Positions 1 through 9,080 of a stretch of 64,000 nt of DNA are shown piece by piece; the first letter of the stretch is position 1, and each line of letters begins with the position of its first letter. Location of the stretch: positions 192,001-256,000 of the forward strand of contig CAXXFF010000001.1 of NCBI GenBank assembly GCA_963676835.2, written 5' to 3'. A program made the translations under genes and the position numbers. A model generated the notes under the pieces. The model did no database searches, had not been told where the DNA came from, and was given only the letters and a program-made list of their open reading frames with translations. This DNA is from Marispirochaeta sp. GTDB lineage: Bacteria > Spirochaetota > Spirochaetia > JC444 > Marispirochaetaceae.

Positions 1-1269
1 GGATTTTCTTGCCACTCCCAAAAGAATTTTATCCCTGGCCTCCTCAAAATTCTTCATTGTAACCTGGCTGAAATTTTCACGGGCAGCGAACAGGGCTGCC
101 TCATTTACCAGATTGGCAAGATCAGCACCGGAGGATCCGGGAGTGGCGCGTGCTATACGGTTTATATCTACATCAGAGGCCAAAGGGATTTTTCGTGCAT
201 GAATGTTAAGAATAGCCTCCCGCTCACGCACATCGGGCATATCCACAACTACCTGCCGGTCAAAGCGACCTGGCCGCAGCAGCGCAGGGTCCAGAACATC
301 AGGCCGGTTGGTGGCGGCAAGGATTATAACGCCGTCTTTGGTGTCAAAACCATCCATCTCCACCAGCATCTGGTTGAGGGTTTGCTCCCTCTCATCATGT
401 CCGCCGCCATAACCGGCTCCACGGGTACGGCCTACAGCATCAAGTTCGTCAATGAAAAGAATACACGGTGCATGTTTACGGCCCTGTTCAAACAGATCGC
501 GGACCCTGCTGGCTCCGACGCCGACAAACATCTCCACAAAATCAGAACCGGACATATGAAAGAAAGGTACACCTGCTTCTCCGGCACATGCCTTTGCCAG
601 CAGCGTTTTTCCCGTACCAGGCATTCCCACCAAAAGCACACCGGTTGGAATACGGGCACCGATCTTGGTGAATTTATGGGGGTTCTTGAGAAAATCAACA
701 ACCTCCTGCAGCTCATACTTTGCTTCATGCTGACCTGCCACGTCGTTAAAGGTCAGCTTTGCTTCATTCTCAAGATACTGTTTGGCCCGGCTTTTACCGA
801 AAGAAAAGGCCTTGTTACCTCCCCCCTGGACCTGCCTGAACATAAACCAGATAAGGAAAAAACCTATAAGCCAGGGCAGAAGCTGCAGCATAATGGCGAA
901 AACAGATGGGGACTGCTGCCCGCCGATAACAACTACACCATGCTCCCGCAGAAGGGGGAGAAGTTCTTCATCCGGGTAGGGAATCTCTGTAGAGAAAGCC
1001 CCTTCGGACGGGTATTCTCCGGCGGATCTCAGGGTACCCTCTATGCGGTGATAATCCAGTATTTTTACGGTGCCCACCTGCCCGTCGGTAAGATAGGAGT
1101 AAAAGGTGGAATAGGAAATGACATTTACACCGCTTCCGTTTTCAAACAGAAAGAACAGAGAAAAGAAGAGTACCAGCCCGGCCAGAAAAACTATGGCGAA
1201 TTTATTGTTAAAATTGAAGGGAAAACCCTTGGGACCGCTTCCGCGTCCTGATTTGTTATCATCGTCCAA
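1..1269 (-). CDS. ftsH: ATP-dependent zinc metalloprotease FtsH (3' end runs off the window)
   Basis: Not in the ORF track because it is truncated. Manual translation from TTG at 1269 (GGAG upstream) gives [29 protein letters not shown] (TM segment). Near position 1 it reads ..[17 protein letters not shown]. It follows tilS, the usual context. Confidence 0.95.
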   Translation of the reverse strand, partial: MDDDNKSGRGSGPKGFPFNFNNKFAIVFLAGLVLFFSLFFLFENGSGVNVISYSTFYSYLTDGQVGTVKILDYHRIEGTLRSAGEYPSEGAFSTEIPYPDEELLPLLREHGVVVIGGQQSPSVFAIMLQLLPWLIGFFLIWFMFRQVQGGGNKAFSFGKSRAKQYLENEAKLTFNDVAGQHEAKYELQEVVDFLKNPHKFTKIGARIPTGVLLVGMPGTGKTLLAKACAGEAGVPFFHMSGSDFVEMFVGVGASRVRDLFEQGRKHAPCILFIDELDAVGRTRGAGYGGGHDEREQTLNQMLVEMDGFDTKDGVIILAATNRPDVLDPALLRPGRFDRQVVVDMPDVREREAILNIHARKIPLASDVDINRIARATPGSSGADLANLVNEAALFAARENFSQVTMKNFEEARDKILLGVARKS

Positions 1270-1272
1270 GAA

Positions 1273-2709
1273 CTACACTCCGTTACGAATATTAAGCAGC
1301 ATTCCGGGCTGACCAGCATCTGACCTGTGCAGATCTCTAACCACGAAGTCCTTTAACCCGGCCAGGGATCCGGGAATAGCAAAAACCTCGGGTCCCAGCT
1401 GCAATACCGGAATAGCATCACGTTGACTCTCCGGGACCTTCATGGCATTAAAGATTCCTTTCAGCTTCTGATACTTTCCAGACAGCTTTATTGTATCGCT
1501 CAACCTTCTGCTGCGAAGAAAAAGCGGTTGGTTAAGTCTGCATTCAGGTATAAAAACCGAGAATCCACAAGGTTCCGGGGATTCATTTGAATCTTTCCAG
1601 CTTATAACATATTTCCCTAAAGGCCCGTTTTTGCCATACTCTATCCTGAAAAGATAGCGTGTTTTTCTGTTTAATACAACTGAAGAACTAAGTATAAGCA
1701 TACTGCCCCTCTGGAAGATGCATATGCCGGCACCTTCAAGCAGAATCCGATCATGAGAAGAGGTTGAAGGACCAGCCATGGAAAGAAGAAAATGTTTAGA
1801 TATTCTTTCTGCTTCGGGAATTGTGCGGTTGACTGCGGTAAAAAGAGACCTTAAACGCAAAGAAACAGGTTGAGCAAAAAAGTTAGCCGCATCGGTTGTG
1901 CAGGAATCTGCCTGCATTGTCCAGGGGATACGTTCATCCGCAATATTTTTGAGGATCTCTTCATCCTCCTGAAATATCCGCGATGACTGCACCAGAGCAT
2001 CCCGATAAGCCGGAAATTCTTTTGCAACCTGCGGGACAAGGAAGTTTCTAACCCTGTTACGCTGAAAAACAGGCTGACTGTTACTGGAGTCTGTAATCCA
2101 TGGAATTTCTGCTTGTTGAACTATCTGCAGAAGAATGTCCTTGGGTACAGTTAAAAGCGGTCTCAGTATAAAATCCCTGACTGCGGGAATTCCATGCAGT
2201 CCGGAGGTTCCGCTCCCCTGAAAAAACCGGGTTATCATTGTTTCTGCCAGATCATCGGCAGTATGCCCGAGTATTGTTTTTGTGCAGCCTTTGCGTTCCA
2301 TATATTTCTTCAATGCGGCATAGCGGAGGCTGCGGGCTGCAGCTTCAAGCCCGCAGCCTTTTTCCCGGGCCAGTTTTTCCACTCCCCCGGGCATGAGCGA
2401 TACCCGCTCAACCGGAACGTTACAAAGAGCACAGGCCTTTTGAAGCACCTGCCAATCTTGTTCTGTCTCGTCTTCTGATCTCAGCCTGTGGTTAACATGA
2501 AGACCATAAAGTTTGAATCGGGATGAAAAACTGTTACGGTTAAAATCTTTACAGGAGTTCCTGTAGAGAGACATAACATAAAGCAGAGCTGTGCTGTCTA
2601 CCCCGCCGGAAAGCGAAAGAAGAAGGCCGGAATCCGGATTGATGTTTCTCTGGTGGAAAAAATCTGAAACAATAGTTAAGACCCGGGCTTCGATCTCATT
2701 TTCTGCCAT
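1273..2709 (-). CDS. tilS: tRNA(Ile)-lysidine synthetase
   Basis: PP-loop SGGVDS, HVNHRLR, EAAARSLRY, GHTADD, RNRVR motifs; pth-tilS-ftsH context. Confidence 0.95.
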   Translation of the reverse strand: MAENEIEARVLTIVSDFFHQRNINPDSGLLLSLSGGVDSTALLYVMSLYRNSCKDFNRNSFSSRFKLYGLHVNHRLRSEDETEQDWQVLQKACALCNVPVERVSLMPGGVEKLAREKGCGLEAAARSLRYAALKKYMERKGCTKTILGHTADDLAETMITRFFQGSGTSGLHGIPAVRDFILRPLLTVPKDILLQIVQQAEIPWITDSSNSQPVFQRNRVRNFLVPQVAKEFPAYRDALVQSSRIFQEDEEILKNIADERIPWTMQADSCTTDAANFFAQPVSLRLRSLFTAVNRTIPEAERISKHFLLSMAGPSTSSHDRILLEGAGICIFQRGSMLILSSSVVLNRKTRYLFRIEYGKNGPLGKYVISWKDSNESPEPCGFSVFIPECRLNQPLFLRSRRLSDTIKLSGKYQKLKGIFNAMKVPESQRDAIPVLQLGPEVFAIPGSLAGLKDFVVRDLHRSDAGQPGMLLNIRNGV

Positions 2710-3295
2710 TATACAAGCTCATTACCTGTTCAACCGGATTAAGACACAAGTCTGATGCTGCCTTAACCGCCAGATCAATTCCCTGCCTGAATAAAGTTAA
2801 TTCCTCTCCCTCAGGACATCCCAATACCCATGAGATAACTTCTTCTTTTTTATCCGGCCGCCCGACACCTACGGCAATCCGCATAAAGGCATCAGTGTTC
2901 AGGTGTTCAATGATTGAAGATATGCCTTTCTGGCCTCCACCGGAACCTGATGGACGTATGCGAATCCTTCCCGCAGAAAGATCCAGGGTATCGTAAATAA
3001 CTATAAGCGAAGCAAGGTCTGTACGAAATCGGCGCAGCAATGGTTCCACCACAGTTCCGGATCTATTCATATACGTAAGCGGTTTGATGAGGACCATTCC
3101 ATCCGGCCCCTGCTCTGCGCAGGAGACTACCGTTTCAAGCCAGGGCTTGAGAAAGGGTTTTTTAAACCTGACACCAGATAAGGAGCTCAGTGCCTCAACA
3201 ACAAGAAACCCGGCATTATGCCGGGTTTTCTTATATTCCGGGCCTGGATTACCAAGTCCGATTAGCAGATGTTTGCCGATGGAATCAGGCTTCAC
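2696..3295 (-). CDS. pth: Peptidyl-tRNA hydrolase
   Basis: IGLGNPGPEY..TRHNAGF and KPLTYMNRSG motifs. Start moved to GTG 3295 (GGGAGAAG upstream) from the track's 3358. Confidence 0.93.
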   Translation of the reverse strand: MKPDSIGKHLLIGLGNPGPEYKKTRHNAGFLVVEALSSLSGVRFKKPFLKPWLETVVSCAEQGPDGMVLIKPLTYMNRSGTVVEPLLRRFRTDLASLIVIYDTLDLSAGRIRIRPSGSGGGQKGISSIIEHLNTDAFMRIAVGVGRPDKKEEVISWVLGCPEGEELTLFRQGIDLAVKAASDLCLNPVEQVMSLYNGRK

Positions 3296-3911
3296 CTTCT
3301 CCCTCTGAGGCCTCAGGTGCAGCAGCTTCCCCACCTTCTTCTGCAGTTTCATCAACAACAGTCTTGGCAGTGGTAATAACTACAATAGACTGCTCTGCAG
3401 GAGAAAGCATTTTTACAGATCCCGCAACGGGGATATCGGAAACATGCAGTGAATCGCCTACGCCGAGGTCAGAAACATCCAGCTTGAAATCTGAGGGAAT
3501 ATCTTTGGGCAGACACTCGATTTCCACTTCATGAAGCACAGTTTCAACAATACCGCCCTCTTTGACTCCCTTGGGAACACCTTCCAGATGTACAGGGACA
3601 TGGGTCTTCAGGGCTTTACCACGCTCAATCTCGAAAAAATCAATATGCATGATCTTATGCCGGAGCATGTCTTCCTGGTAATCTTTTACCAGAACGTCAT
3701 AGTCTTTACCGCCGTCTACACTTACGGTGATTATTGTATTCTCACTTACGCTGTGAAATTTCTTTTCAAACTCCCGGGTTTCTACACTTATGCTTACCGG
3801 TTCATTATGTCCGTAAATAACCGCAGGAATCTTTCCTTCTGCTCTGAGCTTTCGGTTATCACCTTTCCGCGTGCTGGTACGACCGAAGCCAGCAAGGGTT
3901 TTCTGTTCCAT
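3285..3911 (-). CDS. rplY: 50S ribosomal protein L25/Ctc
   Basis: RKLRAEGKIPAVIYG, HIDF, Ctc C-terminal domain; SD GAGGAG. Confidence 0.95.
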   Translation of the reverse strand: MEQKTLAGFGRTSTRKGDNRKLRAEGKIPAVIYGHNEPVSISVETREFEKKFHSVSENTIITVSVDGGKDYDVLVKDYQEDMLRHKIMHIDFFEIERGKALKTHVPVHLEGVPKGVKEGGIVETVLHEVEIECLPKDIPSDFKLDVSDLGVGDSLHVSDIPVAGSVKMLSPAEQSIVVITTAKTVVDETAEEGGEAAAPEASEGEGEA

Positions 3912-4033
3912 GGAAAATTCTCCTCAATTGCTTTCCGTCTGACTGCAGACGGTCTTTCTATTTATCATTCTGATAACTGATCTACACTGGACAGTTTTCA
4001 GTAAATAATTCAAGACACATTTGTGCCGCTTTG

Positions 4034-4105
4034 CTGGGACGGCAGGATTCGAACCTGCGCATGCCGGGACCAAAACCCGGTGCCTTACCACTTGGCGACG
4101 TCCCA
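4034..4105 (-). tRNA. tRNA-Gln(TTG)
   Basis: TGGGACGTCGCCAAGTGGTAAGGCACCGGGTTTTGGTCCCGGCATGCGCAGGTTCGAATCCTGCCGTCCCAG folds as a cloverleaf; anticodon TTG; no encoded CCA. Confidence 0.96.
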
Positions 4106-4134
4106 ATGATCAGTATGTCTATATGTTCCGAAAA

Positions 4135-4431
4135 TCAGTCTAAATCAGCACTGTCTTCGGTATATAATTCTCCGGATTCAGCCTGGGCTTTATACTCCTC
4201 GAGAATTCTGTCCTGCAGCCTGCCCCTGAACTCTGAGTTAATAGGGTGTGCCACATCTTTATACTCGCCTGTTTTGGTTTTCCTGCTGGGCATGGCAATG
4301 AAAGCGCCGTTTTTACCTTCGATTACCTTTACGTTATGAACCACGAATGATTCATCGAAAGTTACGGTGACGTATGCCTTCAGCTTGCCGTCCGCATCTA
4401 CCCGCCGAATTCGAATATCCGTGATTTCCAT
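4135..4431 (-). CDS. spoVG: SpoVG family nucleic-acid-binding regulator
   Basis: [44 protein letters not shown] signature. Confidence 0.95.
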   Translation of the reverse strand: MEITDIRIRRVDADGKLKAYVTVTFDESFVVHNVKVIEGKNGAFIAMPSRKTKTGEYKDVAHPINSEFRGRLQDRILEEYKAQAESGELYTEDSADLD

Positions 4432-4464
4432 ACTTTCCTCCGCTAATGTTGCAAAAATATTACG

Positions 4465-5373
4465 TCATTGTAATATGCTACTTGGAAATCTGGCAAGTAA
4501 TTCTATTATAAGAACTTGTTTTAAGCCCTTTTCATCCTGCAGTTTCGCTTTTGCCTCCTCGGCAGCGGTAAAATCCGGGTAAATACCAAACATCGCCGAA
4601 CCGGAACCGGAAACTTCAGCGAATTCCGCTCCGGTTTCCCTTAATAAATTCAGAAAACGGTCTACTTCGCCGTACTGCTTTCGTAAAACAGGGGTAAAAG
4701 AGTTGAAGAACGGCCAGGTTTTTACCTCTGACTGATACAAATCACTCAAAACTCTGTCGCTGTATTGAGCTTCCCATCTGTCGGAAGAAGCAGCAACGCC
4801 TGTGTCGCGGGATTCGTCCAGCCACCGATAGGCGTTTCCGGTGGATATCCCGAAGTCCGGAAGAAGCAGCAGCAGTGACAATTTGCGCGCCCCTTTCAGA
4901 GGTTCTATATGTTCCCCTCTCCCTCCGACAGCTGCGAAAGGAGAGTAAATAAAAAACGGGATGTCACTTCCCAGTTCAGCTCCTGTGTCTGCGAGCACTG
5001 CGTCCGACAGTGTGTAACCTGTCATTTCATTCAATGCTTTCAGAACAGTACCGGCATTGCTGGACCCGCCGCCAAGGCCGGCCCCTTCGGGGATAGACTT
5101 TTCGACGGATATTTCCACCCCGAATTTCTTACCTGTTAGGGCACAAAAATTCCGGTGAGCCCGGTAAATAAGGTTATCTTCCACCGGGCAGGTGAAATTA
5201 CCCCTGATCCTGCAGGAATCAGTATCTTTCAAAGAACGGATGTGTATTCTGTCGTAAAGAGACACAATTTGAAAAAGAGAGGAAAGGCTGTGAAAACCGT
5301 CCTTTCTGACCGGCCCGATCTCAAGATGAAGATTGATCTTGGCGGGTGAATACACCTCTATCTCGCTCAGCAT
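4465..5373 (-). CDS. ispE: 4-(cytidine 5'-diphospho)-2-C-methyl-D-erythritol kinase
   Basis: PAKINLHL, IPEGAGLGGGSSNA, GSDIPFF, SGSGS GHMP kinase motifs. Confidence 0.95.
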   Translation of the reverse strand: MLSEIEVYSPAKINLHLEIGPVRKDGFHSLSSLFQIVSLYDRIHIRSLKDTDSCRIRGNFTCPVEDNLIYRAHRNFCALTGKKFGVEISVEKSIPEGAGLGGGSSNAGTVLKALNEMTGYTLSDAVLADTGAELGSDIPFFIYSPFAAVGGRGEHIEPLKGARKLSLLLLLPDFGISTGNAYRWLDESRDTGVAASSDRWEAQYSDRVLSDLYQSEVKTWPFFNSFTPVLRKQYGEVDRFLNLLRETGAEFAEVSGSGSAMFGIYPDFTAAEEAKAKLQDEKGLKQVLIIELLARFPSSILQ

Positions 5374-5384
5374 AGCGTTGAAGT

Positions 5385-5412
5385 ATTATACATATCTGCC
5401 TGCAAGTGTCAA
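5385..5412 (-). promoter_or_regulatory. Putative sigma70 promoter of ispE
   Basis: TTGACA-16nt-TATAAT, 11 nt upstream of the ispE ATG. Confidence 0.65.
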
Positions 5413-5421
5413 ACCCCGGAA

Positions 5422-6978
5422 CTAACCGGAGAGATAATGACATCCAATAGAGTGATTATTGTTAATAGCAGACCGGGTTACGACCAGGGCCGTCTGAATA
5501 GCATTTCGCAGCTCCACTACATCCCGGCGCAGAACAGCCTTGCGGTAGAACCTGCCTATACGATGGCTGAGATAGTTTAAATCGGAGTGGGCCCGGTACA
5601 GCCGTTTTTTTGTACGGATAATACCCACATAATTCCACATAGTACTCTTGATCTGATTCAAATCAGAACGAATCAGAACCGGATCAAAGCTTGTTTCACC
5701 CTGGGGTGATATCCAGGGGGGTATGGATCGCATAAGAGAGTCTTCCAGAGGAGAAAGATTCTGAATAATGTCATCTGCTGACTGAATTCCGAAAAACAGA
5801 CCTTCCAGTAGAGAGACTGACGCAAGTCTGTTTGCTCCATGCACCCCGGTACAGGCGGTTTCGCCAATGGCATACAAGCCGGTAAGCGAAGTACGGCCCC
5901 GGAGATTAACCTTTACTCCACCACAGCTGTAATGTGCCGCAGGAACCACAGGAATAGGTTCTCTGCGCATATCAATACCCACTTTCATACAAGCTTCAAA
6001 TATAGATGGAAACCGTTCTTCCAGATCAAAATCTTTAATCCCGGTTGTGTCCAGATATACGTAACCGGACTTGTTCTTCTCAATCTGCCGGTAGATAGCC
6101 CTGGCAACTTCGTCACGCGGGGCAAGGTCTTTATATTTCGGTGAATAGCGCTGCATGAAGTATTCGCCGCTGCGGTCCATGAGCCGTGCCCCTTCACCGC
6201 GTACCGATTCAGAGATAAGGAAACGGTCACTGTCCCGGTGATAGAGGGTTGTCGGATGAAACTGAATATACTCCGCGTTGAGGATTTCCACGCCGGCTCT
6301 GTAAGCCATGGCGATACCGTCGCCTACAGCACCGGCAGGATTGGAAGTATGCTGATAGATATCTCCCGCACCGCCTGTAGCAAGTACAACTGCACCGGCA
6401 AACGCCGGTACAACCTCTCCGGTTTCATTATTCAGCAGGTACATGCCGAGGGCTCTGTTCTCGCGATAGCGCACCTGGTAATCCTGAGAGTGGTGTGATG
6501 AAGTAATAATATCAATAGCGGTATAATTGGACAGACGATGTATCTTGCCCTCTTTTCCGGATGCCTGAGCAAGGTGTTCCATAATGGATCGGCCGGTATA
6601 ATCCTGAACATGCAGGATTCGTCGGACAGTATGGGCAGCCTCCCGGGTAAACAGGTACTCCTCACCGTTGGTGACAAAGGGAACACCAAGCTCATCGGCA
6701 AGAAATGAATTGACCAGTCCCGGCCCTTCCTCCGACAGGAGACTAACGGCTTCAATACTGTTGATGTTGTCCCCTGCTTCGAGGATATCTTTTTTGAGTA
6801 TTTCCGGGCTGTCATCCGGGCCCAGGGCTACTATGCCTCCCTGAGCATAGCGGCTGTTGGATTCAAGGGGATCATCGCCTTTTGAAACAAGACACACTTC
6901 CACCCCTGCCCGCGCAAGACGTATTGCAGCGCTTGTTCCTGCTATGCCGGCTCCGACAACAATGGCATCAAAAACCAT
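5422..6978 (-). CDS. nadB: L-aspartate oxidase
   Basis: GAGIAG FAD motif, YAQGGI, QFHPT, LISESVRGEG, LAPRDEVAR, TGVHGANRLAS; adjacent to nadC. Confidence 0.93.
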   Translation of the reverse strand: MVFDAIVVGAGIAGTSAAIRLARAGVEVCLVSKGDDPLESNSRYAQGGIVALGPDDSPEILKKDILEAGDNINSIEAVSLLSEEGPGLVNSFLADELGVPFVTNGEEYLFTREAAHTVRRILHVQDYTGRSIMEHLAQASGKEGKIHRLSNYTAIDIITSSHHSQDYQVRYRENRALGMYLLNNETGEVVPAFAGAVVLATGGAGDIYQHTSNPAGAVGDGIAMAYRAGVEILNAEYIQFHPTTLYHRDSDRFLISESVRGEGARLMDRSGEYFMQRYSPKYKDLAPRDEVARAIYRQIEKNKSGYVYLDTTGIKDFDLEERFPSIFEACMKVGIDMRREPIPVVPAAHYSCGGVKVNLRGRTSLTGLYAIGETACTGVHGANRLASVSLLEGLFFGIQSADDIIQNLSPLEDSLMRSIPPWISPQGETSFDPVLIRSDLNQIKSTMWNYVGIIRTKKRLYRAHSDLNYLSHRIGRFYRKAVLRRDVVELRNAIQTALVVTRSAINNNHSIGCHYLSG

Positions 6979-6979
6979 T

Positions 6980-7825
6980 TTAACTTTCCTGCTTATTTCC
7001 GTCTATTTTAAGGCTGAAATCAAAATTGGTTACAGAATGGGTCAGCCTTCCGATAGAGATAAAATCTACCCCGACGGTCATATAGTTTCCTATTTTTTCC
7101 AGAGACATGTCCCCGGAAGCTTCAAATTCAACCTTGTTTCTGCGTAATTTTACACAATAGGCCGCCTCTTCGGGACTCATATTATCGAGCATGACAATAT
7201 CAGCTCCCGCTGTAATTGCCTCTTCCACTTCGTCGGCGTTGCGGCATTCCACCTCTATACGGTATCTGTCGGCCCAGCGGTCCCTGACCATCTCTACAGC
7301 GCGGCTGATCGAACCGGCGGCATCAATGTGGTTATCCTTGATCATAACCATGTCATAAAGCCCCATACGGTGGTTTTTGCCGCCCCCGACGGATACGGCA
7401 TATTTTGCAAGCCCGCGGTATCCCGGCAGCGTTTTTCGTGTATCCAGAATCCTTGTGCCGCCTTTTTCGAGATCCGCGAACTGACGGGTTACGCTGGCTA
7501 TGCCGGACAGATAGCCCAGAAAATTGAGACCTATCCGTTCTGCCTGCAGTACAGACACAGTCAGCCCCTTTACCTCAGCGACCCTGTCCCCGGGTTTAAG
7601 ACTGTCCCCGTCGGCAAAGAAAAACTTTACCTCAATATTGCTGTCAATCCGGTGAAAGGCACGGATAAAAAACTCCGCTCCCGCAAGGATGCCCGTATCT
7701 TTACTGTAAAGCACTGCAGAAACTGTCTCTTCCCTGAAAATCGCCCGGGAGGTAACATCTCCCTCCTGGGCAAGATCTTCCTTAACAGCCAGTTCCAGAA
7801 GGGCTTCAAAATTATCATCAGTCAT
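6980..7825 (-). CDS. nadC: Nicotinate-nucleotide pyrophosphorylase (carboxylating)
   Basis: ED..GDVTS, DTRKTLPG, NHRMGLYDMVMIKDNH, IEVE, MLDNM, EASG motifs; start set at ATG 7825. Confidence 0.94.
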   Translation of the reverse strand: MTDDNFEALLELAVKEDLAQEGDVTSRAIFREETVSAVLYSKDTGILAGAEFFIRAFHRIDSNIEVKFFFADGDSLKPGDRVAEVKGLTVSVLQAERIGLNFLGYLSGIASVTRQFADLEKGGTRILDTRKTLPGYRGLAKYAVSVGGGKNHRMGLYDMVMIKDNHIDAAGSISRAVEMVRDRWADRYRIEVECRNADEVEEAITAGADIVMLDNMSPEEAAYCVKLRRNKVEFEASGDMSLEKIGNYMTVGVDFISIGRLTHSVTNFDFSLKIDGNKQES

Positions 7826-7831
7826 GCGGGA

Positions 7832-7860
7832 ATAGTACGATAGTATCCCTCTATTTTCAA
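7832..7860 (-). promoter_or_regulatory. Putative sigma70 promoter of nadC-nadB (leaderless)
   Basis: TTGAAA-17nt-TACTAT-6nt-ATG, no SD. Confidence 0.6.
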
Positions 7861-7867
7861 CTCTGAT

Positions 7868-7897
7868 TTGACTTTTCCCGATAATGAGGCCTATACT
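7868..7897 (+). promoter_or_regulatory. Putative sigma70 promoter of cheX (leaderless)
   Basis: TTGACT-18nt-TATACT-7nt-ATG, no SD. Confidence 0.6.
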
Positions 7898-7904
7898 CTT
7901 TTTG

Positions 7905-8387
7905 ATGAGCAATTACCTCGAAAGTTTTACTGACGCTTTACAGCAGATAATTGAGGAGATCGGTTTTTCAAAAACCACCATTACAGACTCCACCAATGAC
8001 GGCAATGTGGAAATAGTTGCCAGCGTGGGAATAACCGGAGATCTTCAGGGATTTATGCTGTTGAGATCCGATATTCAGAGCGCACGGCTGTTTATTGATA
8101 AAATGCTGCAGAATATGGGTATGGAAAATGAAGAAACCGAGGGATTCGGCCAGTTTCACAAGGAAGCAATCGGCGAGGTTGTGAATCAGGTTTCCGGCAG
8201 ATCCACTATGATGCTGGCAGACAAATCCATTGACTGCAACATAACACCTCCGACAATTGTTTCCGGTGCAAATATTTACACCGATCTTCGTTCCTGTGAA
8301 TCCTCCCTGAACAAGGAAGTCAACGGCATATTCGGCAGTTTTAATCTTTTTGTAGGAATAAAAAGTTCAGTTCTCCAGAATAAATAG
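7905..8387 (+). CDS. cheX: CheX-family chemotaxis phosphatase
   Basis: VGITGDLQG, AIGEVVNQVSG (E-x-x-N motif), ITPPTIVSG; start set at ATG 7905. Confidence 0.8.
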   Translation: MSNYLESFTDALQQIIEEIGFSKTTITDSTNDGNVEIVASVGITGDLQGFMLLRSDIQSARLFIDKMLQNMGMENEETEGFGQFHKEAIGEVVNQVSGRSTMMLADKSIDCNITPPTIVSGANIYTDLRSCESSLNKEVNGIFGSFNLFVGIKSSVLQNK

Positions 8388-8417
8388 TTGACATTGTATT
8401 TAACGCTGTCTTAGATT
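8388..8417 (+). promoter_or_regulatory. Putative sigma70 promoter of the acidic small protein
   Basis: TTGACA-18nt-TAGATT immediately after the cheX stop. Confidence 0.5.
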
Positions 8418-8460
8418 ACCAGTATATTCGCCTGAAAAGAATGACGGGAGAAGGAACAGG

Positions 8461-8736
8461 ATGGAATATAACGAGTTAGAAAGCGACGATATCTATTCCA
8501 TGTCCATGGAAGAAGAGTCGGAAGACGAAGAGTTCTACAACGACAACTTCGACGATTACGAAGATGACGACGACTTCGAAGATGATCTGGACGATTTCGA
8601 CGATGACGAGAATCTGGATGATGATCTGGATGACGAACTCGAAGAAGACGACGGCTACGACGATTACGACGACGATTTCATCGAAGATGACTACGACTAT
8701 GACGACGGACTGGACTACGAGGACTTCGACGACTGA
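8461..8736 (+). CDS. Extremely acidic small hypothetical protein (91 aa)
   Basis: ATG preceded by purine-rich GGGAGAAGGAACAGG; 55/91 D/E, no K/R/H; mixed synonymous GAC/GAT/GAA codons. Confidence 0.75.
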   Translation: MEYNELESDDIYSMSMEEESEDEEFYNDNFDDYEDDDDFEDDLDDFDDDENLDDDLDDELEEDDGYDDYDDDFIEDDYDYDDGLDYEDFDD

Positions 8737-9080
8737 TACAGGGTTTCACCGGCATACCAGAGTTTCTCCAGTTCGTAAAATTCCCTCATTGATTCATTCA
8801 TAAGGTGTATGACCATAAATCCGCAGTCCACCAGAATCCACCCCTCTTCCTGAATTTTCTTCTGACGGTGGAAAACTTTAATATTATTCTGACTCAGATA
8901 ATTCTGCACATGCTTAAGCAGTCCCTTGAGGTGCCCCATACTCTTTACTGTGGAGATCACAAAAAAATCTGTCCACGAGCTCACTCCGCTAACCTGGATA
9001 ACCCGGGTATCCTGCCCCTGATGATCTTCAATAAATTCCCCGACTTCCCGGGCTATTTCACTCTTTGCAGTAACGTCCAT
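8715..9080 (-). CDS. rsfS: Ribosome silencing factor RsfS
   Basis: TDFFVIST, WILVDCGFMVIHLM..REFYELEKLW signature. Confidence 0.92.
   Translation of the reverse strand: MDVTAKSEIAREVGEFIEDHQGQDTRVIQVSGVSSWTDFFVISTVKSMGHLKGLLKHVQNYLSQNNIKVFHRQKKIQEEGWILVDCGFMVIHLMNESMREFYELEKLWYAGETLYQSSKSS

Noticed and set aside
199..1251. 350-aa plus-strand ORF
   Set aside because: Antisense shadow of ftsH, which occupies the minus strand in the complementary frame
1267..1275. tilS stop (TAG) is in frame with the ftsH start one codon later, suggesting a readthrough fusion
   Set aside because: ftsH has its own GGAG SD and no recoding signal is visible; in-frame adjacency happens one time in three
3924..4106. 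60-aa ORF MGRRQVVRHRVLVP..., and similarly the ORF at 33387-33707
   Set aside because: These are translations of tRNA genes
8564..8803. Thr/Met-rich 79-aa ORF; possible GAC/GAT microsatellite
   Set aside because: Alternative frame of the acidic protein; the repeat is explained by Asp codons
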